Positions 1 to 13,241 of a DNA stretch of 64,000 nt are shown here, one piece after another; the stretch's first letter is position 1, and the number at the start of each line of letters is the position of its first letter. The notes beneath the pieces are model-generated. The model had not been told where the DNA came from. It ran no database searches and worked only from the letters and a program-made list of their open reading frames with translations. The DNA comes from Octopus bimaculoides. Taxonomy: Eukaryota. Made by a program: the position numbers and the translations under genes. Location of the stretch: assembly GCF_001194135.2 (NCBI RefSeq), contig NC_068981.1, forward strand, positions 94,950,586 through 95,014,585, in the 5' to 3' direction.

Positions 1-119
1 CTCTAGCTATCATTAAACCTGATTCTTTATTACTTTGGCTGATACACTAATTTACACTGTTTACACCAATCAACCTTATTATTGCTATTCAAATAATCAA
101 GCAGACTGTATACTCTTTT

Positions 120-335
120 ACTTGTTTCAGTCCTTTGACTGCGGCCATGCTGGAGCACCGCCTTTAGTCAAATCAAATTGACCCCCAGGACTTATTCTTT
201 GTAAGCCTAGTACTTATTCTATCGGTCTCTTTTGCCGAACCGCTAAGTTACGGGGACCTAAACACACCAGCATCGGTTGTCAAGCGATGTTGGGGGGACA
301 AACACAGACACACAAACATATACACACACATGCAT
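120..335 (-). mobile_element. 3' half of tRNA-derived SINE with internal microsatellite (octopus OR2-like family)
   Basis: Reverse complement matches the 3' half of the full-length copies at 7950-8320 and 35105-35476 (...gcggtgctccagcatggccgcagtcaaa..gactgaaacaag); ends at an (AC)n tract. Family name is from recall. Confidence 0.75.
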
Positions 336-480
336 ATATATACTTTACTGCAAGATTTAGTCACTTTTTGTTTATTCATCATTCTGAAGTAACTCATGCC
401 TCACCAAAATATTGTCTCAGTCCACCTTGTGTAATACTGTTCTAGAACATGTAACATCTAAATTTTACATGTTGGAACAT

Positions 481-770
481 CATCATCATCATCATCATCG
501 TTTAACGTCCGTTTTCCATGCTGGCATCGGCTGGATGGTTTGACTGGGGACAGGCAAGCCAGGAGGCTGCACCAGACTCCAATCTGATCTGGCAATGTTT
601 CTACAGCTGGATGCCCTTCCTAATACTAACCACTCCGAGAGTGTAGTGAGTGCTTTTTACATGCCACCGGCACGGGAGCCAGTTAGGCGGCACTGACATC
701 AGCCATATTTGGATAGTGCTTTTTACATACTACCAGCACAGAAGCCAGTCGGGACGGGGGTGGCTGGCAT
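481..770 (-). mobile_element. 5'-truncated RTE LINE 3' end with (GAT)n tail
   Basis: (cat)n followed by tttaacgtccgttttccatgc...ggatgcccttcc, the reverse complement of the tail attached to RT coding sequence at 8997-9212. Confidence 0.8.
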
Positions 771-994
771 TGTATAAAATTTCCCCTCTTATTGTAAATA
801 ATTTGGTGCTACTGTGGAACAAACTGTCATGCATAGTATTTTTATTTATATTTTTAATTACACTATTTCTTAATTTTTTGTTAATGACTCTCTTATTTAC
901 TGCTCATCATACTTGATGAATTAACTGACTTACAACAAAGAAAAATCTACAAGATTTCAAACTGGCTTCAATATTATTACTCAGTGTTAAGAAG

Positions 995-1410
995 ACTGGC
1001 TGGTAGAATCATTAGCATGCCAGGCAAAATGCTTAGCAGTATTTCATCCATCTTTCCATTCTGAGTTCAAATACCACCAAGGTCAATTTTGTGTTTTATC
1101 CTTTTGGGATCTATAAATACTAGTTGTGTGCTGGGGTCGATTTAATTGACTTAGCCCCTCGCTCAAAATTTGAAACTAATTTTATTACTTAGTGGTAAGT
1201 TGGCAAGCTGGCAGAATTGTTAGCACGCCAGGCAAAATGCTTTGCAACATTTCGTTTGTCTTTATGTTCTGAGTTCAAATTCCACTGAGGTCGACTTTGC
1301 CTTTCATCCTTTCAGGGTTAATAAAATAAGTACCAGTTGAATACGGGGGTTGATTTAATTGATTTTTCCCTCACCCAAATTTGCTGGCCTTGTGCCAAAA
1401 TAAACCAATA
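995..1410 (+). mobile_element. Two head-to-tail tRNA-derived SINEs (octopus OK-like family)
   Basis: Copies at ~995-1185 and ~1196-1410, each ggc(a/t)agctggcagaa...B-box gagttcaaat...gtcgactttgcctttcatcc...aagtaccag. Confidence 0.75.
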
Positions 1411-1667
1411 TTAGTGTAAACCAGTAGTTCATAACTTAAGTGTTTCTTGGGGGGAATTGTGAGCTCACAAAGAACACTAAGTGTTTAGAGCGGTTAGGGT
1501 TTTTCTCAGAAATATTTAAACTAGGTATAATATGTTCAAAAAAAATTTTTTGTTGGTATTAGAATATAAATAAGGTATTACGTTATCATTAAAAAGAAAC
1601 ATGACTGCTAATGTGACAAGGTACTGTATATAACTCCTCACCTTCTTTGGTAATTTCCATAAAAATT

Positions 1668-1721
1668 TCGTACATTGGGCCTCACCGAGGCGATGACTAC
1701 GGACCGAGACCTTTGGAAATG
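1668..1721 (+). mobile_element. RTE LINE fragment (end of RT ORF)
   Basis: cgtacattgggcctc is identical to 8685-8699; continues in frame as LGLTEAMTTDRDLWK; cut by a 10-N gap. Confidence 0.6.
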
Positions 1722-4479
1722 NNNNNNNNNNAGAAAGTATAAGAAAATATCAATAATGAACCTTCTTCATTTGTTTTTACATCTATTTTTGCATGCTAAC
1801 ATGGACTAGATATGTAGATATATATCGTTCAGGGATTATTTTACTGTTGGATGCCCTTCCTGTTGCTAAACCTTGCCTGTTTATCAAGTAATGGGATGGC
1901 TTATTTCGCATGTCCTTGGAGGTGCAAAGCGGTCTGTTACCTGTTGACAGCAATGTCTCTACATTTAGTTGAGTGATTTTTCTAAAAGTATGAACAAACC
2001 TGCCAGTAGGCACCCCCACTCACAAATACATATATATATGTATATACAAGGGGATTCTTTCAGTTTCCATCGACAATACTCACTCAGTTGAAATAATCAG
2101 CTGGATTATTTTTTTTTTCCTTTCAAAACCTATGGAAATAGAGAGTGGGCACTTGTAAAATGCCATTTGGTACAAAGTGTTGCTGAGAGTTGCTGGCATA
2201 AAATATGAGTTGTTTCCAGAAATATTACAAGTGAGCTGAGTGGCCAATGTCTATATTGTTTAATTAAATGAATATTCAAAATTATTAAACTGCTCTTTGT
2301 TTTTTTTTTGTATGCCTTTTAATGATATTTTTTTTATCATTGCCTACAAAAGTTTATATGGCCAGCATCATTTTCCCGAGAGAAGTACAAAAATTAAGTT
2401 GTTTCAGTTGTAAATACTTAGAAATATGCAACATGAATCTATCTGTTTATACCAAAATGAAAAGTAAAACAATAGAAATGTAGCAAGTCATTGTATAATT
2501 TTGTCAGTGGGCATATTTCTGAAAAAAACTACTAATATTTTTTGTTTGTCTTCATGTGACTGGAGAAAAGCAACTATAATATTTCATGAAAGACAAAAAT
2601 TGTCCATGCTCTGTTTGATATATAGATTATGTGTGCATGCGTGTGTATATTTCTCTTTCTCTCACTCACTAATCAAATATTGCTTTATAAATATTGTTTA
2701 TTTCAAGCTTCTATTTTGATAAGCTTAGATACTGTGACAGCTAGAATAAGGTAAGCAGTAGAAAACATTAAGATTTACTAAAAATCACTAATAGTTAGTG
2801 CTAAAAGAAATAATAGGGGTAAAAAGGTGTAATAATATTTCAAAATGCAAATATTTTAATAACTTGCTCTTATGTAGTCAGTTGGTTATGCCTGTTCCAT
2901 ATATTTCAGCCAAGCTGACTGGGGCTATAATACTTTCGAGCATGATCATTGCCAGTGCCNNNNNNNNNNNNNNNNNNNNNNNNNNNNNNNNNNNNNNNNN
3001 NNNNNNNNNNNNNNNNNNNNNNNNNNNNNNNNNNNNNNNNNNNNNNNNNNNNNNNNNNNATATATATAATGTATATATATATATAATGTATATATATATA
3101 TAATGTATACAGATATATATGTACATATATATATATGTATATATATAAGTATATATATATATATACATATACACACACAACAAAAGAGAACAGTTCTGGG
3201 TTAATTTGTTCAACTAAACTTTTTAAAGCTGTGTCTTAGCATGGCTGAAGTCCAATAACTGAAACAAGTAAAAAAAAAAAATAAGAGACAACAAATGACA
3301 CATAAAAGAAAAAAATTAAACACAAAAAGATAAAAATCAACGCAAAAAATAGCTGAAAATATTTTAATGGAAAAATTTATTTTATTTATTTTTTAGTTGA
3401 TGATAATTTGTTTATTTGCATGTATTAGTTGAAAATATTTTCAACTGAGATTGCATGTCAATTAAACTGACATTTGATTTGTCAAGACATTCCCGAATTG
3501 GGTAAACTTCAAATTAAGGATTTGAAGACTCTCATTAACCAACAAGTATGAATTTGCTTTCATAGAATGAAGCCAACGATAATAAAATCTACAAAAATAT
3601 TTCTGATAGGGAGGAAAAAAATAAGAGCAGCATATTTTCATATTTTTTCGTTGGACTCACTATGTACCAGTTCTTCATGTTTTGACACACAAACTTCGCA
3701 TTTAAAAAAATATTACAAATATAGAATATAAAAATTAGAAATATTTACAATTAAAAGACATTTAACATATGCACAAACATAAAAAGATGTAAATATTTCA
3801 TATTAGGGATGCTAAAAATGCCTGAAATTTTGTCTATAGTATAATGATAAAATTGCTAAAGCATTGAAAAATAAGTACATTTAAATATTGTTTTATTTAT
3901 AATTATCTTGATCTGTCCAGTATCACCCCAACAGTACAAGAGTTGTAATGAACATAATTCAGTAATAGCCATCACAGGCACTTTTAGTAAATCTTTGGCT
4001 TAAGAGACAAATATTGTTTATACAAGTGTGTAACCATACCATTATTAATGACAAGTTTATTGTATGTATTCATTTTCACTTGTTGGTCTGGAGGAAGTGG
4101 CAGTGCTCATAGCTTTGGTCGGCCTTCCGATACCAGTGAAATTGAGGCCATAGCCATTTCTTTTGAAATGTAACAAGTCAACACTAGCATGAGCTAGTGA
4201 AGGAAGAAATTGATACACACACACAAACACACATAGTGTGTTGGAGAATGCTAGCATGAGATAGTGTGGTTGTGGCATAAGCCACGAGTGAGCTGAAACA
4301 GCTGTTAAGACTATTACATTACTCATTTTGTTCATTTCATATTCTTTATTCTTGTATTTCATGTAAATATACTCATCAAACCAAGTCAACCTGTTTTTAT
4401 TTGCCTTTTAACATATATATATATATATATATATACATACAAGTATACATACATATGTGTGTGTGTATATTATATATGT

Positions 4480-4700
4480 GGCCATTCTGGGGTACTGCTT
4501 CAAAGAGTTTCAGTCAAAGGAATTGACCCCAATACTTATTTTTTTAAAGCTTGGTACTTATTCTAACCCTCTCTTTTTGCCAAACAAGTTGTGGGGACAT
4601 AAACAAACCAACATTGGTTGCCAAGTGGTGGTGGTGGACAAACACAAACGCATAGATAAATACATATGCAACATGCTTCTTTCAGTTTCCATTTACTAAA
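4480..4700 (-). mobile_element. OR2-like SINE, 3' part
   Basis: Diverged match to the copy at 120-335 (tacttattct...tttgcc...ggggacataaacaaacc...tctttcagtttcc). Confidence 0.6.
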
Positions 4701-4894
4701 TACCCTGTCAAAAAATAGTCTACTAGGTCTGCACTTTCAAAGACAAGTGGAATGGAACAAAAGAAAGGATTAGCGATAAGATATCAGGCTGTAAAACAAT
4801 AGAAGATTCCAGAAGGCAATGCTCTGGGGAAGGACAGGAAAAACTGGTTAGTATAGGTTGGAGAGGGAGGTTAAACACACACACATATTTCTTT

Positions 4895-4909
4895 AAGTGT
4901 ATGTGTATG

Positions 4910-4965
<56 letters not shown>

Positions 4966-5306
4966 NNNNNNNNNNNNNNNNNNNNNNNNNNNNNNNNNNN
5001 NNNNNNNNNNNNNNNNNNNNNNNNNNNNNNNNNNNNNNNNNNNNNNNNNNNNNNNNNNNNNNNNNNNNNNNNNNNNNNNNNNNNNNNNNNNNNNNNNNNN
5101 NNNNNNNNNNNNNNNNNNNNNNNNNNNNNNNNNNNNNNNNNNNNNNNNNNNNNNNNNNNNNNNNNNNNNNNNNNNNNNNNNNNNNNNNNNNNNNNNNNNN
5201 NNNNNNNNNNNNNNNNNNNNNNNNNNNNNNNNNNNNNNNNNNNNNNNNNNNNNNNNNNNNNNNNNNNNNNNNNNNNNNNNNNNNNNNNNNNNNNNNNNNN
5301 NNNNNN

Positions 5307-5345
<39 letters not shown>
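4895..5345. repeat. (TA)n microsatellite interrupted by assembly gap 4966-5306
   Basis: Pure TA runs on both sides of the N-run; the YIYI ORFs here are artefacts. Confidence 0.95.
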
Positions 5346-5351
<6 letters not shown>

Positions 5352-5389
5352 TTATACACACATATATACATACATACATGTATGCATAT

Positions 5390-5600
5390 GTGTGTCTTCA
5401 TGTTTGTCCCTCCATCACTTGATAACCTCTATTAGTTTATTCATGTTACCATAACTTAACAGTTCAGCAAAAATAGTCTGATAGAATAAGTACCAGATTT
5501 GGAAAAAAAAGAACCTAAGTACTTGGGCTGATTTATTTGACTAAACCCTTCAAGGCAGTGCTCCAGCATGGCTGCTGTCCAATAGCTGAAATATGTAAAA
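5390..5600 (+). mobile_element. OR2-like SINE, 3' half
   Basis: taacttaacagttcagcaaaa...gatagaataagtacc...ggcagtgctccagcatggc...gctgaaa matches the family 3' end. Confidence 0.65.
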
Positions 5601-5829
5601 AAAAAAAATATATATATACATGCCATACTCATCTAAAGGCCATAGCCATGCAAACATTGGTCAGACAAACTCTACTGAGACAGATATTCCTGACATCATT
5701 AGTGTTGAATAGTAACCAGGATTTTACATAGTGTACAAACAATGTGAAGAAAAGGAAAAAGATACAAGCAAACACACATACATACATTATGCATGCATAT
5801 ATATATATCTTTGTGCCATTGACTGTACA

Positions 5830-6070
5830 GAACACACCTACTTTTAATTCCCATCATACTCTTTCTCCTTCCAGCCCCCACCTCCTAGCATCCTAAGCTC
5901 TGTCGCCTGGGTCACGTAAACCTCCATCATACCCCCTGCCATCACAGTCATGTTGCTTTGCCTTGAATATATACACCTAGCTTAGAATACAGAATACTTC
6001 TGTCACTCAATGTCTATCATACATCCCTCTCGATGTTATTATTCATGCCTCTATCACTCGTGCTTCTCAC
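5830..6070 (-). mobile_element. Old, decayed RTE-type RT C-terminal fragment
   Basis: Minus frame reads RGMNNNIERDV**TLSDRSILYSKLG...L*WQGV*...GC*EVGAGRR, a stop-riddled analogue of the RTE segment at 8338-8699. Confidence 0.4.
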
Positions 6071-6529
6071 CTAGTAAAAAGCCTGAGAGCAAGCAGAGAA
6101 GTGATGTTGTGATTCTCTTTAGTCATGTCAAAAACATGGCTAACTCTCCAGTGCTAGTGCCATACAAAATGCACCCAGTATACTCTGTAATTGCTTGCTG
6201 TTTAGACAAGCTACTAGCAGTAGATATCAAGTCAAAAATGTAACAAGTATAAAATAAGCCATACCTTCAATATGCACTGACTTTGAATGAAATGAGCAGT
6301 TCAACCCCTGCCAGCAGTTATATATATATACATACATACATACATACATACACATGTGTGTCTTCATATCATATGATGATTGGAAATGAACAAATTGTTT
6401 GTTTGTTTCCAATCTTCTGTGTGAACCAAAACTGGCCATGGGGTATATTACATGAAAACAGGTGAGGGTAGGTACAAGAGGAAGGGCAATCAGCTGTAAG
6501 AACAGCATAGAAAAGATATGTTGTCATCA

Positions 6530-6569
<40 letters not shown>

Positions 6570-6760
6570 CATCATTTTAATGTCCACTTTCCCATGCTGC
6601 CATGGATCAAACAGATTATTGAGACAGATTTTCAAGGCTGGATGCCCTTCCTGTTACCAAACCTCACCTGTTTCCAAGCAGAGTAATATTTTCTGATGAC
6701 TAAACATGTTTTCACAGAATATTAGAAATGAATGACACAGCTTATGAATGATACTATCAC
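6570..6760 (-). mobile_element. Second (GAT)n-tailed retroposon subfamily (related copies ~1785-1980, 36135-36370, 55940-56140)
   Basis: Shared block catcattttaatgtccactttcccatgct...ggctggatgcccttcctgtt.c.aacc...tgtttccaagca recurs at four loci. Confidence 0.6.
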
Positions 6761-7949
6761 AAGTTTAAATTAAGTGAACATTCACCTCATCTTAAAAAGT
6801 GGTCATATAATTTAAACTTGTGTTATATGATATATGTTTGCTAATGCCTATCTACTTCATATACATGTACACACAATATTGCACTTACTGAGCATCAAAC
6901 CCTAGAAACAGATGTAAAGGATTTTTTGTTTCTCTATCTTTTATCTATGAGGTTTGAGTATGAACTTTCTGAAAAATTACTATGAAGGACTGCTTAGATC
7001 CTCCTCTCTTTTATCTGTGATATAGTATAAACTTTCAAGATACATATCTATATTTGAAGAATTACTATGAACTCTTGGTTTCTTGTTTTCCTGTCTTTCT
7101 ACTCCATTTATATAATTTTATACTCACTTCAGTATAACTATTTTATAAATGCTTTGATGCCATTAACCACCTGTCCATTTGTTATTTTACTATAGTAAAT
7201 ATATTTTCACACACACAAACACAGACCTGGAGTGTTCATAAAAATATATATGTGAGTTTTATAAACTTTTATTTGAAAATTTTAATTTCCATCACAGAGG
7301 TTATGTGAATTGGATATACTGCGTTTCCTAGGTCATTTTTTATTAGTACATAACATATTTATGTTGAATTGTAATAATATATATGCTGAAATTTGGAGTA
7401 TGTACATTTGTTTTGTGGATACAAACATTGTTTATTTTTCTTTGCGATATCTGTGAGTGAAAATCATAATATCCACTAAGAGAAATTCTCTATTTATGAT
7501 AGATTGAATTTAATATCTAATTATCTTTGATTTTTGTTAATATGAGGTGGTTGCTTTCATGTTGCTTTGTTAGGTTTTACAGGGACTATACACATTCTTA
7601 AGTCATTTGTCACACCTGGGGGAGTTAGTCATAGAGTTAGATATAATTTTATTCATACTGTCTGTAAATAATCATAGTTTAGCTTGTTAAATTAGTTATA
7701 AGTTGTAAATCTTATCTGTGCATATGGCTGGCTGTTAATACATGCTGCTGATAAGGCCTGATTAGGATAAAATGCATTTGGCATTCTTGCTAGCTCTGCT
7801 GCTGGGACAATTTTCATCTACCTTCAATATATGTTGGGTTTTTAAGCACAGTACATCCATAAGAGATGTTACCTCAGGATAAATACTACTGTAAATTACC
7901 TTTTAATGGTGTATATATATTAAGTATGATACATAGATGGCTATATACC

Positions 7950-8320
7950 TTTTAGCTGTTTCAATCATTGGACTGAGGCCATGCTGGGGCACCACCTTGA
8001 AGTTTTAGTTGAATGTATTGACCCTAGTACTAATTTTTTTTTCTAAAGCCTGCCACTTACTCTATTGCTCACTTTTGCCAAACTGCTAAGTTATGGAGAT
8101 ATAGCCAAACAAACACCAGTTGTCAATTAGCGGTGGGGGACAAAGACACATACACACACATATAAGACAGATTTCTTTCAGTTTCCCTCTACCAAATCCA
8201 CTTATAAAACTTTGGTTGACCAGAGATTTTAGTAGAACACACTTGTCCAACATACCACACAGTGGGAGTGAACCTGAAACCAAGTGGTTGGGAAGCAAAC
8301 TTCTTATCACACAGCCATGT
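7950..8320 (-). mobile_element. Full-length OR2-like SINE
   Basis: tRNA-like head (ggctgtgtgataagaagtttgcttcccaaccac...ggttcactcccac), CORE-like ttggacaagtgt, internal (TG)n and the family 3' end. Confidence 0.75.
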
Positions 8321-8337
8321 CTATATATATATATATA

Positions 8338-9212
8338 GCAGACTGTATGACGCATGCGTACGAACAACCATGCTACATGGCAGTGAAACATGGGCTGTAA
8401 CTGCTGAGGACATACGTAAGCTCACAAGGAATGAAGCCAGTATGCTCCGTTGGATGTGTAATGTCAATGTGAATACCCGTCAGAGTGTAAGTATCTTGAG
8501 AGAAAAGCTGAACATTAGAAGCATCAGTTGTGGCGTGCAAGAGAGACGATTGCGCTGGTATGGACATGTGGTGAGAATGGAGGAGGATAGCTGCGTGAAA
8601 AAGTGCCACACCCTAACAGTTGAGGGAACCCGTGGAAGAGGTAGGCCCAGGAAGACCTGGGCTGAGGTGGTGAGGCAAGACCTTCGTACATTGGGCCTCN
8701 NNNNNNNNNNNNNNNNNNNNNNNNNNNNNNNNNNNNNNNNNNNNNNNNNNNNNNNNNNNNNNNNNNNNNNNNNNNNNNNNNNNNNNNNNNNNNNNNNNNN
8801 NNNNNNNNNNNNNNNNNNNNNNNNNNNNNNNNNNNNNNNNNNNNNNNNNNNNNNNNNNNNNNNNNNNNNNNNNNNNNNNNNNNNNNNNNNNNNNNNNNNN
8901 NNNNNNNNNNNNNNNNNNNNNNNNNNNNNNNNNNNNNNNNNNNNNNNNNNNNNNNNNNNNNNNNNNNNNNNNNNNNNNNNNNNNNNNNNNNNNNNNGTGG
9001 CCGTTTTCGTGCGGGTGACACGTAAAAGCACCCACTACACTCTCTGAGTGGTTGGCGTTAGGAAGGGCATCCAGCTGTAGAAACTCTGCCAAATCAGACT
9101 GGAGCCTGGTGTTGCCATCCGGTTTCACCAGTCCTCAGTCAAATCGTCCAACCCATGCTAGCATGGAAAGCGGACGTTAAACGATGATGATGATGATGAT
9201 GATGATGATGAT
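8338..9212 (+). mobile_element. RTE-clade LINE 3' end: RT C-terminus, 3'UTR and (GAT)n tail (gap 8700-8996)
   Basis: RLYDACVRTTMLHGSETW...RRLRWYGHVVRMEEDSCVKKC...GRGRPRKTW contains the RTE-type YGSETW, RLRWxGHV and GRPR motifs; (gat)x10 tail at 9183-9212. Confidence 0.9.
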
Positions 9213-9889
9213 ATATATATATATATATATATATATCTTTTGCTTTTATGAGTTTTTTCATGCTAGCATTTGTAATATATATATTTATATACACACACGT
9301 TTGTGTGTGTGTATTATATATATATATATAAAATAAAACCTATATGAGAACTATATATAATATGTATATATGCATGTCTGTTTTGGAGAGGGTAATAAGA
9401 CATGGAAAGACAGAGAGAGAGAGAGAGAGAGCGGCGTTGAGAGAGCACAGTAAATTTTAATCATGTGACTGCAATTTTAATCTCTGCTGAAACCACTTTC
9501 CACTTTGTTATGCAGAAGAAAGATGCCCAACTTGCAAATAACTATAAGCTATATCTGTGAGCTAATTGTAAAGCATTTAAACTATATAGCTGAATTAATT
9601 TAACTTTCTAAGAACCTTATGACTGTTCACATTACACATTAAAATCATTTGGAATTGGAATAACCATATACCTAAATAATTATTTTAACCCTTTGCCTCT
9701 CCAAAGCATATCATGTTTCTCGTAAATGTTCAAATTTCTTTTTAGACTTTTAGTTAACCCTTGTTTTATACGTTCTGAGTAATATTAAAATTTCTTTTCG
9801 TAAATCTCAAGTTGCTCTGGTAGTTGAAAAAATTAGAAATGTGTGTCATACATGATGCACAGAATCATACCTAGGACAGGTAATTAGTT

Positions 9890-10092
9890 AACTAATTAAT
9901 CAGGCCAAAGTTTTCTACCTGTATAATTTTCAAACTGGTCAGATGTGACCTCTCATACCAACCCTGCAATATCATTCTAAAAACTAACAATCAACTCATC
10001 AAAATCTCAAATCTAATAATGCATGATTAATTCAAAATAATGTGAACAAAAAAGGATTACTTTTGAGAGAATAATGCGAATGCCAAATTTAC
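9890..10092 (-). mobile_element. Diverged copy of piggyBac-like TTAA MITE family
   Basis: Reverse complement matches the body of 34408-34602 (atgcttatt..ttttgaattaatcatgcatt...tttagaatga.attg.agg.t.ggt). Confidence 0.5.
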
Positions 10093-10736
10093 AATTTTAA
10101 TAAGTATATGTGACTTCTTATTTAAGATTTAAAAGTATGCTTCACTTCATAAACTATGTTTCACTCTAGTTTGTAATATCTAAAACCAATATCTAAAAAT
10201 TTCATTATGGCATGACATATCTGATATGAAAAGATTGTTTTGACCAGTAAAAGTACAACACTAACTTTTCAGACAATGCTGGTCTGGAACCTTTTATAAT
10301 CCACATTAATTTATGAGCAGGAAATTCAAATTCCTATGGCCACCAGACTAATCTATTCATTCCTTGCAGAATACTGTATTAAAAAACTTGTATCATTTAT
10401 ACTAATGTATAAGTGACTTCTATGTCATTTAATAATGACTACCCCAGGTTCAGAAAAATCACAATCTAGAAAGGCTTTGGAACAAAAGGTTAAAAAAAAT
10501 TGATATTGTACCTGTACTAGCAATCTAATTCCTAAGTAGATTTATATTATTAAGAATAGAATAATGGATGGCACAAGCTAAAAAAAAAAGCTTAAGATAA
10601 GTGTTTAAAGAGCTAACATGAACAATTTTACAGAAAAAAAAATTGTGTTTTAAGAAAATAATGTGCAGTGTGTCAATAAGTAGGTCTTTTTTTGTTTGTA
10701 AATTTAACAAATTGATTGATTGAAAATTACATCTGG

Positions 10737-10772
<36 letters not shown>

Positions 10773-11584
10773 AATCACTTCTATGCTCCAAATGATCTTT
10801 GAAAGCCAGTGTTTAGCTTCAGTTTCATGGTGTGAAACTGTTGACAGACTGAATGCTAGTCTATTATAGGTACCTACACTAAATAGTTAAAGGAAGTGAG
10901 TTAATATAGAATAAGGTGTTCTTCCCAGGAACATGAAATTACCCAAAAGATTATCCACTTGAATATCTCACCTTTACTCACAACACACACACACAGTATA
11001 ATCAGGTATAGTTCAAATGTCAAACAAGGAACATACAATATATGATATATGAAACAAAGTTGATCTTATATTACAACTATAAAAACTTAACAGAAGAACA
11101 AAACTACTAGTTTCCTCAAGCTTGGGTTACCAGATGGGTCTACTTGAAGCTGCATTGTTAAACAAGAGATTTCTCATTTGACAAGATAGATCCAATAAGA
11201 TACATCCAATGACTAGCTCTGAAAAAGCAGTAGCAATATTGTTTAGTTAAGTCCATAAAACTGTAATATAAAATTACTTAATTCTATTTCATATTCTGGA
11301 GCTATGTTCATCAAATCTGACTGAACATATTTAATAACCATAGCTCCAAGGAACTGTGAGATAACTGCAATATAAAATAATACATACGTATAGTTCAGAC
11401 CAAAGACAGTATATATATATATTTCTCTGTATGAATTTGAATGCCTTTAAATAAATAACATCCATAAGTTAATTTTATCCTAATTTTCTCATGCACACAC
11501 ACACACACATGGTTGTTGGTAGTCTCTCAAGTTTGAGAAAGATGATTGCACTATTTCTTGCTGAATAACCTGCATAGATGATTT

Positions 11585-11800
11585 GTTTATAGGAATCAAA
11601 TATTTGTACTGCTCGTAGCTTACTCTGTCAAATCAACATTGCCTGTACAGGTGCATAATGTGCCACATGTCAGAAGTTGAAATGATTGCAGAGCAACATG
11701 AAGCAAAGTGTTTTGCTCAAAAACACAATGCACCACTCAGTACAGGAATTGAAACCACAAGATCATGAGTGCAGGAACCTAACTTCTAGGCCACTAGCCA
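11585..11800 (-). mobile_element. Decayed CORE-type tRNA SINE head
   Basis: Reverse complement gives ggctagtggcctagaag...gtttcaattcc...gtgtttttgagcaaaacactt, similar to 51116-51440. Confidence 0.45.
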
Positions 11801-13241
11801 AATTTGATAGTATGTCAGGTCAAACTCAGCTGTGGAAAGTGCTTTATCATAATATAATGGGGGAAGAGAAAATGCATGTGTGTATTGAATTGGCTCATGA
11901 TAATGAATTGTAAAACATGATTAGATTTTTGTAATACACTGATGGAGTATATTAACGAAACATATTTCAGTATTATTAGTTTGATTTTGAAGGAAGTGAA
12001 ATGATCACAGTATAACAAAGTTTGTAAGTCATTGATTAGATAGCTTCTAGATAATATTTGAAACATTGCAAATTTATGTAAAGCAAGCAATTTCAAATAC
12101 TGAAATGTTTGAGAAACAATATAAAATTCTTGTTTTGATAAAACCATTTTTTCATATTCCATAAGAGCGTTAAAAATTAATCAAGGCACTTCATGACAGA
12201 ATTAAATTAAATTTTCTTTTAAAACTTGATAAAGTTTTATATAAGTAATATAATATATTCCAATATAAAACTTATTATTGGCTGGAGTTTGTATGTATAG
12301 ATTCAAAGAATTTTCTCAAGAGGTTTGATGAGGAAAACTTATTTTTAGGAGATTTAAAAATAAGACTTTGTAGAGCAATTCTCTGATTTGAGCATTTTCC
12401 ATTCACAATTATTTCCCCTTCTAACTGTAGTGAAGAGAATCAAATGACAATAGCAATTTCTTTTGACTGAAGACAAAATTAATTTCTCTGGATACATAGA
12501 ATCCATCTTAATCTGTGACTGATATTCAGATGGATTGAAAGACAAAACTGCACCACTCTCCCACACCACCACTATATTGTAAACTTAAAACAGTGTGGAA
12601 CTGCCATAGTTACACAGAAGAATTCAATTTGACATTGCCTTTATCATCTTCACTACCTCTGTGTCAATAATAACATGGATGATTAATAAAATTAAAGCTA
12701 TAAACTGAAACAATTATTGTTATCAATGAATACAAACAGTGAAAGCCAGTTTCCTGAGGTAACTGGTTCTCATAGATATTTTTAAGGATTGTTACAATGT
12801 AAAAAACAAAACAAAAATCCTACGTTGATGAAATGAATTACAAAACTGGAGATATTTTGGCATATAATGTGTCAAAATGAAGAACTGGTCATAAAAGCAA
12901 TTAACTCAAAAAGTTACTGGTCCCAAATACTACATTTTGATAAAATTCTTTCAAGCTTTGGTAGTTTTCATGTTGGTCAACAGTTGAAAAAGCAAATGCT
13001 TTTTTGATGATCAAAACTTTGATTCAGACTGTCAATTATATTAACAGCAAAAATATTAGTAGTACCATTGGATATATACAGAAGAGAATGATGAAATTAA
13101 TCTTGGCTTTCGTTTTTAAGTTAATGGTCAGTTTATGAGTTGAACATTCGTTTGAGATTTACAATATATATAATAATGCATTTTTTGGACTTTGGAATAG
13201 AGTAATTTGGTTGATTTCAAATTTCATTCATTATGTTGCAT

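Noticed and set aside
2798-5454. Long ORFs rich in YI/IY or X, here and across every gap (21912, 27698, 32752, 39223, 40848)
   Set aside because: Artefacts of (TA)n/(TG)n microsatellites and N-runs that contain no stop codons.
7745-7790. ctgataaggcctgattaggataaaatgcatt, resembling a hammerhead core
   Set aside because: Both CUGANGA and GAAA boxes are mutated and there is no supporting PLE ORF or repeat in the window.
9516-9541. Plus-strand acceptor followed by EERCPTCK*, like the end of a RING finger
   Set aside because: Only 26 nt, and I found no upstream plus-strand exons to support it.
12354-12572. 72-aa minus ORF MVVWESG...
   Set aside because: GTG start with a stop just upstream, no splice sites or motif; lies in the likely SWEET 3'UTR.
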